NCBI GenBank assembly: GCA_030041075.1
Contig: JASHOP010000098.1
Location: 1 to 55,247 of the forward strand
Length of the DNA stretch: 55,247 nt
Source of the DNA: Thermoplasmata archaeon
GTDB lineage: Archaea; Thermoplasmatota; Thermoplasmata; Lutacidiplasmatales; UBA184
Reading direction: 5' to 3'
The notes below the pieces were generated by a model that made no database searches, was not told the origin of the DNA, and saw only the letters and a program-made list of their open reading frames with translations. Of this stretch, positions 47,265 through 55,247 are shown piece after piece. Every line of letters begins with the position of its first letter. Position 1 is the first letter of the stretch. Both the position numbers and the translations under genes were made by a program.

Positions 47265-48281
47265 ATGACCGCCGTCAAGAACGAGGTGCGGACCGGACTG
47301 ACCCCCGAGCCGGCGTCGCGCGCCACCGATCTGGCGATCCTGTACGAGCACCCCGCGTGGTTCGAGAAGGTCTTCGCCGAGCTCGATCGCCGCGGCGTCG
47401 ACTACGCGAAGCTTCACGCTCCCGACCACTTCTTCGACCCCGCCTCGCGGGATCCGCCCTGGCCGGTCCTGTTCAACCGGATGAGCCCCTCAGCCTGGCG
47501 TCGGGAGCACGGGAGCGGCCTGTTCTACACGCTCAGCTTCCTCAGCCATATCGAGTCGCTCGGCACGCGGGTCATCAACGGCTCGAAGGCGTTCCGACAC
47601 GAGCTGTCGAAGGCGCTGCAGCTGTCGCTGCTGCGGACGCTCGAGCTGCCGTTCCCGAAGAGCCGGGTGATCCACGCGCCCGAGCAGGCTCCCGCGGCGG
47701 CCCGGGGCCTCCGGTTCCCGGTCGTCCTGAAGCCGAACATCGGGGGTAGCGGGGCCGGCGTGGTCCGGTTCGAGCGTCCGGAGGACCTTCAACGGGCCGT
47801 TGCCGGCCACCAGCTCGCGCTGGGATTCGACCACGTCGGGCTACTGCAGGAGTTCATTCCGGCGCGCGGGGGGTTCATCACGCGGGTGGAGACCCTGAAC
47901 GGGCGGTACCTCTACGGCATCCGGGTCCACCTGAGCGGCCAGACGTTCGACCTGTGCCCGGCCGACATCTGCCAGACCACGGGCGGCCAGGACCTGACCG
48001 CCCCGGGCTGCGTGGTGGACGCGACCAAGGCCGGCCTTCGGGTCGAGGGGTACGAGCCGCCGGCCCACGTCGTCCGGGCGGTCGAGGCGATCGCCCAGGC
48101 CGCGGGGATCGACGTCGGGGGGATCGAGTACCTCGTCGACGACCGGGACGGCCAGACCTACTACTATGACGTGAACGCGCTCTCGAACTTCGTAGCCGAC
48201 GCTCCGACGGTCGTCGGCTTCGATCCGTTCGTCCGGCTGGTCGACTTCCTCGAGGAGACGATCGACGTTGCCCGACGATGA
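47265..48281 (+). CDS. RimK-like ATP-grasp ligase
   Basis: FNRMSPS, KPNIGGSGAG, LQEF, GGIEY and YYDVNALSNF motifs; Cys-containing loop LCPADIC..GC. Confidence 0.85.
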   Translation: MTAVKNEVRTGLTPEPASRATDLAILYEHPAWFEKVFAELDRRGVDYAKLHAPDHFFDPASRDPPWPVLFNRMSPSAWRREHGSGLFYTLSFLSHIESLGTRVINGSKAFRHELSKALQLSLLRTLELPFPKSRVIHAPEQAPAAARGLRFPVVLKPNIGGSGAGVVRFERPEDLQRAVAGHQLALGFDHVGLLQEFIPARGGFITRVETLNGRYLYGIRVHLSGQTFDLCPADICQTTGGQDLTAPGCVVDATKAGLRVEGYEPPAHVVRAVEAIAQAAGIDVGGIEYLVDDRDGQTYYYDVNALSNFVADAPTVVGFDPFVRLVDFLEETIDVARR

Positions 48282-49329
48282 ACGCCGGCGCCTCCGCTTC
48301 GGCTACTGGATGCCGGTCTTCGGCGGCTGGCTCCGGAACGTGGAGGACGAGGGTATGGCGGCGAGCTGGCCGTACGTCCGCGACCTCGCCCTCCGCAGCG
48401 AGGAGCTCGGGTTCGACCTCACGCTGATCGCCGAGCTCAACCTAAACGACATCAAGGGGGTGCGGGCCCCCGCCCTCGAGGCCTGGTCGACCGCCGCCGC
48501 TCTCGCGGCCGTGACCCGCCGCCTCGAGCTCATGGTCGCGGTACGACCGACCTTCCATCTTCCGACGTTGCTCGCCAAGGAGGCGGCGAACATCGACCGG
48601 ATCAGCGAAGGACGCCTCGCCCTCAACGTCGTGTCGTCCTGGTGGGAGGAGGAGGCGCGAATGTACGGCGTCCCGTTCGACGACCACGCCGCGCGCTACG
48701 CGCGCACGTCGGAGTGGCTGGACGTGGTCGACGGCGTCTGGTCGAACGCTTCGTTCTCGTACGCGGGACGATACTATCGCGCGGAGAACACGGTCCTCGA
48801 ACCGAAGCCGCAGCGGCGGCCGCGACCCACGATCTACGCGGGCGGGGAGTCGGAGGAGGCGAAGTCGCTGATCGCGGCGAAGTGCGACGCCTACGTGATG
48901 CACGGCGATCCTCCCGAGCGCATCGCGGAGAAGATCCGGGACATGGCCTCGCGGCGCGCCGCCCTCGGCCTCCCGCCCCTCGTGTTCGGGGTGGCGGGGT
49001 ACGCGTGCGTGCGCGACTCCGAGGCGGAGGCGGGCGAGGAGGTGCGCCGGATCACCGACGTCCGCAGCCACGCCGCCGGCTTCGCGAACTATCGGCAGTG
49101 GCTCGCCGGGACGCAGCTCGAGCGGTCCATGTCGATCGAGGAGTACTCGGTATCGAACCGAGGTCTCCGCTCCGGTCTCGTCGGCACCCCGGCGGCGATC
49201 CGCGAGCAGATCACCCGCTTCGAGGCCGCCGGCGTCGACCTCCTTTTGCTGCAGTTCAGCCCGCAGCGCGAGGAGATGGAGCGGTTCGGCGAGCAGGTCA
49301 TCCGCCCGATGGCGCTCCCGGCGCGCTGA
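48268..49329 (+). CDS. Luciferase-like (LLM) flavin-dependent monooxygenase, SfnG/SsuD-like
   Basis: GYWMPVFGGW, EAWSTAAALAAVT, IDRISEGR, YAGGES and GLVGTP motifs. The TTG start overlaps the previous gene. Confidence 0.9.
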   Translation: MPDDERRRLRFGYWMPVFGGWLRNVEDEGMAASWPYVRDLALRSEELGFDLTLIAELNLNDIKGVRAPALEAWSTAAALAAVTRRLELMVAVRPTFHLPTLLAKEAANIDRISEGRLALNVVSSWWEEEARMYGVPFDDHAARYARTSEWLDVVDGVWSNASFSYAGRYYRAENTVLEPKPQRRPRPTIYAGGESEEAKSLIAAKCDAYVMHGDPPERIAEKIRDMASRRAALGLPPLVFGVAGYACVRDSEAEAGEEVRRITDVRSHAAGFANYRQWLAGTQLERSMSIEEYSVSNRGLRSGLVGTPAAIREQITRFEAAGVDLLLLQFSPQREEMERFGEQVIRPMALPAR

Positions 49330-49333
49330 CGCC

Positions 49334-50011
49334 GTGGCCGACCGGAGCGGCCCCGCATCGCCCCGGACCAGTCGCGCTCCCCGACGGGTCTCCTCGGGCC
49401 CGGCACGGTTCGAGGTCGTGGCGTCCCGGGCGAAGGTGGCGACGGTAGCGCGCGCGCTCCGCCGGCGCGGCCTGGACGTCGAGATCGTCGAGGGCGCCTC
49501 CGACGCACGCGCCGCGGTCCTGCGCTGCGTCCGCCCGTCGGACCTCGTACTGGAGGCGACGTCCGAGACGCTCCGGGAGATCGGACTCGTGGGCGAGGGA
49601 GCGCCCCCGGTCCCCTACCGGCGACTCCGGCCCGAGCTCGACCGGCTCGCTCGCGCGGGGCGCCGGGACGAGAAGCGGCGACGGGGCGCGAGCCCGGACG
49701 TCATCGTCGGGAGCGTCCACGCGGTCACGGAGCGGGGGGAGGTCCTGATCGCCTCGGGAAGCGGGAGCCAGCTGGGACCCTACGGGTATGGTGCCGGACG
49801 GGTGATCTGGGTCGTCGGCGCCCAGAAGATCGTGCGGGACCTGGCAGAAGGCTTCCGCCGAATCCAGGAGTTCGCCCTCCACCGCGAGGACGCGAGGGTC
49901 CGCCGCCTGGGCGGGGGCGGCAGCGTCGTCCACAAGCTCCTCGTCGTCTTCGGAGAGCACCAGCCCCACCGAGTGACGGTCATCCTCTCCCGAGGTCCCC
50001 TCGGGGTGTGA
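49334..50011 (+). CDS. LUD-domain (LutC-like) protein
   Basis: SETLREIG, GSVHAVTERG, ASGSGSQL and WVVGAQKIV motifs. Confidence 0.82.
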   Translation: MADRSGPASPRTSRAPRRVSSGPARFEVVASRAKVATVARALRRRGLDVEIVEGASDARAAVLRCVRPSDLVLEATSETLREIGLVGEGAPPVPYRRLRPELDRLARAGRRDEKRRRGASPDVIVGSVHAVTERGEVLIASGSGSQLGPYGYGAGRVIWVVGAQKIVRDLAEGFRRIQEFALHREDARVRRLGGGGSVVHKLLVVFGEHQPHRVTVILSRGPLGV

Positions 50012-50883
50012 GCCGCCCCGGGGACTCGTCCCCTCTCGCGTCGACAGCATGCGCCGTAGGTGAAGCCCCTTCCCGGAACCCGATCTCCCGTACGGCCGGC
50101 AGCTACCCGACCGGATCGGCGACGGACACCCGGTGCCGTCGCGGGGGTGAGGCGGCGGTGGGAGGACTCGATCCTCCCGACCCGGTCGGACCGCGGAGCC
50201 GTTTCCGGCGGTGTCGGCACGCTTGGAGGGGTCCCCTACGCAACCTAGGCGGAGGTCTTTGCCGGGTTCGGGCCCGGGTTGGGTCGATCCAGGAGGGGGT
50301 ACGGGTCCGAACGGACTCGGATCATCCTTGTCGGTGCGTGGGCCCCTCGCCCAGGCGTCGGTTCGGCTCGCCGGGGAGGGCGAGGCACGGTATCGAGCAT
50401 GCTATCGACCGCGGCACGCCCTCGACGCTCAGGGTCAGGGGAATCCGTGGGGTCCGGTGTCCTGGGGGCCGAGGCCGTAGCGGATCCGCTCCGGCACCAT
50501 TCCGTGGAACTCGGTGACTTGTCACCCTGTCCGTCGAAGAGCGTGACCCGGGGTTCCCGCTTTCCCGGAGGCTCGGTGACGGGCGGAGCGGCTCCCCCGC
50601 GGCGAGACGGGAAACGCTCGAAGGAATAGCGCCAGCCGCGGCAGCGGGCTCCCCGGCCGGCGAACCGCGCGCTCGGCCGGCCCGCATCGGGCGCGCAGGA
50701 CCCACGCCGTTCTCCCGACCGTGCTCCCGGCGGCAGACCGCGATCGACTCGTCGCTACGACCTTGGGGGCGCGACGGGATGGAGGGAGGGCGCGGGTCGG
50801 CTCTGATGCCGAACGGATAGGGGGTCGGTTGGAAGGCCGGTACGACGGACCCGCCGACGACCCCGTCGTTGCGGGCCGGCCGC

Positions 50884-51402
50884 TCAGTCGGGATGCGGGT
50901 GGCGGTGCCCGGTCGATCCCCCGACGACGACCGGGGTCCCCAGAGTGTATCGACCGAAGGCGATGCCCTTGACCCCCCTCAGGTCCTCGGCGGCGTTGAC
51001 GACCTCGGCACGGTTTCCCGCGAGCCCGATGAGCTGCATGCACGAACCTCCCTCGAGGTGGACGTGCGAGGAGGAACGAACGTGGGGCCCCCAACGATGC
51101 TCCACGGCCGTCAGCCGCCGCAGCACGTTGGGCGCGTCGTGCCGGTAGATTAGCAGAACGCTGGCGACCGAGTCCGCGTCGGGGTTCCCGAGCTCGTGCT
51201 CGGCGAGCTCCTTGCGAATCAGGGCCCGGATGGCGTCCGAGCGGCTAGGGGAGTTGCGCTCCTGGACCCAACCGTCCAATTGGGCCAGGAGTTTGGGCTC
51301 GAGCGAGACGCCCAGCCGCACCACGTAGTCGCCGTGGCGCTTCCGGGCCCGACGGACCGCCGCGGTCTCCTGCCCGCGGCCCGTCCCCGTGCGTCGTGTC
51401 AT
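50884..51402 (-). CDS. nikR: Nickel-responsive regulator (RHH plus metal-binding domain)
   Basis: RLGVSL..SRSDAIR RHH domain; H..HVH..C nickel ligands retained; His-rich C-terminal tail HRHPHPD. Confidence 0.88.
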   Translation of the reverse strand: MTRRTGTGRGQETAAVRRARKRHGDYVVRLGVSLEPKLLAQLDGWVQERNSPSRSDAIRALIRKELAEHELGNPDADSVASVLLIYRHDAPNVLRRLTAVEHRWGPHVRSSSHVHLEGGSCMQLIGLAGNRAEVVNAAEDLRGVKGIAFGRYTLGTPVVVGGSTGHRHPHPD

Positions 51403-51479
51403 ATTCGTCCCCCGGGGCTCGAGCCAGCGCCCGCCGGGTCATAACGGTGAAGACGAGCGCGATCGGACCCGATCTCGCG

Positions 51480-51509
51480 GTGTTACGTTTTTAAGAAAGA
51501 GGAGAACAC
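51480..51509. promoter_or_regulatory. TATA box of the NiCoT gene bracketed by an imperfect inverted repeat (candidate NikR operator)
   Basis: GTGTT (51480-51484) and AACAC (51505-51509) flank TTTTTAAG (51488-51495). Confidence 0.45.
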
Positions 51510-51514
51510 ATTAA

Positions 51515-52714
51515 ATGGCCCACGACGTCTACGCGCCCGTGGCCCTGAACTCCGCCCGCGCCCCGAACCCGCTTACCGAGGTTCGAAACCCGATCGTCCT
51601 CTCTCGAAGCGAGTGGCTCAAGGTCATCCTGATCTACGTCAGCCTTGCGGCCGCCACCGGATTCGGGATCTACGCCACGTTCTGGATCGGCACCAAGTAC
51701 GCTATCTTCTGGGCGCTGGGCATCCTCGCCTACACCCTCGGGTTGCGGCACGGCGTGGACGCCGATCACATCTGCGCGATCGACAACACCACGAGGAAGT
51801 TGCTCCAGCAGGACAAGCGCCCGACAACGGTCGGGACCTGGTTCTCCCTGGGGCACTCGACGATCGTCGTGGCGATGATCGCGGTCCTCGTGATCGCCAC
51901 CCGGTTCATCGCCAGCAACCTTCCGACCTTTGAGGCCGACGGCGCGGTGCTTGGCACGTTCATCTCGGGCGCCTTCCTCTACGTCATCGCCCTGATCAAC
52001 TTCCTCATCTTCTGGGAGATCTACCTGATCTTCAAGGCGCTGCGCTCGGGGGCGTTGGACCAGAAGAAGCTGGACGAGACCCTCCTCAAGCGCGGGTTCA
52101 TGAACCGCTACTTCGGTAAGCTGTTCCGGTTCGTCAACGAGCCGTGGCAGATCTATCCGATCGGCGTGCTCTTCGGACTCGGCTTCGACACCGCCTCGGA
52201 GGTCGCCCTGATCGCCATCACGGTCACGACCGCCACCGCCGCCGCCCACTTTCCGCTTTGGATGGTGTTGGTGTTGCCGTTCATGTTCACCTGCGGGATG
52301 GTCCTGACCGACACGACCGACGGGTTCGGGATGCGCTTCGCGTACGGCTGGGCGTTCATGAAACCGATTCGCAAGGTTTACTACAATCTCACCATGACCG
52401 TCATCTCGGTCATCGTCGCCGTGGTCATCGGCACCATCGAGCTCCTGGGGGTGATGGCCTCGGAGCTCAGTCTCTCCGGCGGCCCGTTCGGGTTCTGGAC
52501 CACGATGAACTGGCTCAACAATTCGAACGGGCCCGACGGCATCGAGATCTGGGGGTGGTGCGGGATCGTCATCATCCTCCTCTTCGTGGGCAGCTGGGCG
52601 GTCTCCATCGCGATCTACCGCTGGAAGCGCATCGAGGACGTGGGCTTCGGTCAGCCTCCGGCATCCCCGGAGGTCGCGCCGACGGAAACCGGTGTCCCCA
52701 CGGAGTCCGCGTAG
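51515..52714 (+). CDS. HoxN/HupN/NixA-family (NiCoT) nickel/cobalt permease
   Basis: RHGVDADHI, FSLGHSTIV and LGFDTASE signatures; multiple TM helices. Confidence 0.95.
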   Translation: MAHDVYAPVALNSARAPNPLTEVRNPIVLSRSEWLKVILIYVSLAAATGFGIYATFWIGTKYAIFWALGILAYTLGLRHGVDADHICAIDNTTRKLLQQDKRPTTVGTWFSLGHSTIVVAMIAVLVIATRFIASNLPTFEADGAVLGTFISGAFLYVIALINFLIFWEIYLIFKALRSGALDQKKLDETLLKRGFMNRYFGKLFRFVNEPWQIYPIGVLFGLGFDTASEVALIAITVTTATAAAHFPLWMVLVLPFMFTCGMVLTDTTDGFGMRFAYGWAFMKPIRKVYYNLTMTVISVIVAVVIGTIELLGVMASELSLSGGPFGFWTTMNWLNNSNGPDGIEIWGWCGIVIILLFVGSWAVSIAIYRWKRIEDVGFGQPPASPEVAPTETGVPTESA

Positions 52715-52921
52715 GCTCGGCGTTCCCCCGGCCCTCGCGAACGGAAGCCGCCGGAAGGCGACCGGTCCGCTCGAGAGCCGGGAGCTCTCCGTACCCTGGG
52801 ACCAGCTCGTGCACCTAGGCGAGAGGCCGGGCTTCGCGCTCGGTCTCGCCGTCGACGCGCCCTGAGCGGGCGGCCCGCCTCCCGCGCGGCGATATCTACC
52901 CGCTCCGTCTCGGTCGGGTCG

Positions 52922-53731
52922 ATGGCCCCGCAGACCCCTTCTCCCGTTGCCTCCGTCCAAGTGATGCAGGCCCTGGTCGCGCGCGAGCTCGTCGAGGGAC
53001 TCGGCCTGCCCGAGCGCAAGGCGGCCCAGCTGCTCGGCATCGTCCCCTCCTCGGTGTCGCAGTACCTGTCGGGGAAGCGCCTCGGCCCAGCGATCTCGTC
53101 CTATTTCGCCGACGAGCGGGTCCGGCGCGTCGCGCGCCGCACCGCCGAGCAACTCCTCGCGGGGCGGCCGGGCTCGACCGCGGTGCTCGAGGCCGCGATC
53201 GAGCTCACCGACCGGGGGGCTCCCGGGGGCGCGGGGCGAGAAGGGCCCGTGGATGCATTGCGTCCGGAGCTTCGGCGGAGGGTCCCTGGCTGGTTGCGCC
53301 AGCGGATCGTCGGGGAACAGAACGCGGTCGCGGAGTGCATGCGGCTCGCGCAGCGCTCGCGCGACGAACTGACCCGGGCGCTGTTCCGCCAGATCGCCTC
53401 GGATAGCCTGCGGCACGCCGAGATCGTGGCCGCCCTCGCCCCCTACCTCGACCGAGGCGTTGTCTCGAGCCCACCGACGGGGATCTCGCGCGCCGAGGTC
53501 GAGGCCCTGATCCGTCGCGAGCACGAGGCGGAGGCGACCGGCGAGATCGACCTCGGCCCGGAGCTCCAGGGGATGATGCGCATCCTCTGGGAGAGCATGG
53601 AGTCCGACGAGCACAAGCACGAGCGCCTTCTCCAGCTCCTGCTGCAGGCGGGGCTCGCGGAAGACGGGGACGCCCCGCCGGCGCCCAGGTCCTCGACGGA
53701 CCGTCGTCGGGGCGAACACCGCTCGTCGTAG
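52922..53731 (+). CDS. HTH transcriptional regulator fused to a ferritin-like four-helix domain
   Basis: N-terminal ARELVE..AAQLLG..SSVSQYLSGKR HTH; C-terminal EQNA..DSLRH and EHEA..DEHKH paired carboxylate/His motifs. Confidence 0.72.
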   Translation: MAPQTPSPVASVQVMQALVARELVEGLGLPERKAAQLLGIVPSSVSQYLSGKRLGPAISSYFADERVRRVARRTAEQLLAGRPGSTAVLEAAIELTDRGAPGGAGREGPVDALRPELRRRVPGWLRQRIVGEQNAVAECMRLAQRSRDELTRALFRQIASDSLRHAEIVAALAPYLDRGVVSSPPTGISRAEVEALIRREHEAEATGEIDLGPELQGMMRILWESMESDEHKHERLLQLLLQAGLAEDGDAPPAPRSSTDRRRGEHRSS

Positions 53732-54017
53732 TCCAGCGGACCCGGCGTCGTTCGCATCGAACGAGGGTCGTCGGCGCCGAGACCAGCGCGCTTCGCATCT
53801 CCGGGGGACCGAAAGGGTTCCTCCTCCCGAGCCCGGACGGGATCCCGTAGTCCCCGGGCGCCCGGAGGAAGGCGAGGGAGCCATGTCACCGCCGCCGGCG
53901 AGTGGGCCGGAACCGGCGCCGTGGACGCGACCGCTGTTGCCGACCTCGCGGCGCCCGACGAGCAGCGCCGCGTTCGGGCAGGGCGGACCGCGTCGTGCCC
54001 GATCCGCCCGCCGGAGC

Positions 54018-55247
<1,230 letters not shown>

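Noticed and set aside
50151..50180. T-arm-like hairpin suggesting a tRNA fragment
   Set aside because: No D-arm, anticodon arm or matching acceptor strand; it is a simple GC-rich hairpin.

Overview
This window comes from a very GC-rich archaeal chromosome. The archaeal assignment rests on a digeranylgeranylglycerophospholipid reductase, KEOPS Pcc1, type-2 IleRS, a LysW carrier pathway, and TATA boxes about 25 nt upstream of near-leaderless starts; uncultured soil/peat Thermoplasmata is my inference. Bases 1 to ~33.9 kb are densely packed, mostly housekeeping genes: AMMECR1, ileS, a bactofilin-like protein, a fused ETF beta-alpha, pcc1, a DUF1028 protein, GGR plus ferredoxin, trxB, an ABC-2 exporter, an (alpha/alpha)6 glycoside hydrolase, a mycobacterial-type MTHFR, an M29 peptidase homologue lacking metal ligands, an ACT regulator divergent from an argG-argH-lysW-X-Y-Z-J-K operon, pirin, thrC, a DEAD-box helicase and fhs. 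From ~33.9 kb the region looks accessory, with longer spacers. It carries GNATs, methyltransferases, a solitary wHTH-fused amino-DNA methyltransferase, an adenylate cyclase-TPR protein, two decayed toxin-antitoxin remnants that the ORF track does not show as clean genes, an ATP-grasp/LLM/LUD operon, NikR with a NiCoT permease, an HTH-ferritin-like fusion and the 3' part of katG. I found no rRNA, intact tRNA, CRISPR array, integrase or transposase. No single finding is a proven new system. The best candidates are the HTH-ferritin fusion between the nickel uptake genes and katG, the ATP-grasp/LLM/LUD operon, and the ACT regulator of the arginine operon. All family calls are from motif recognition by eye, not database searches.
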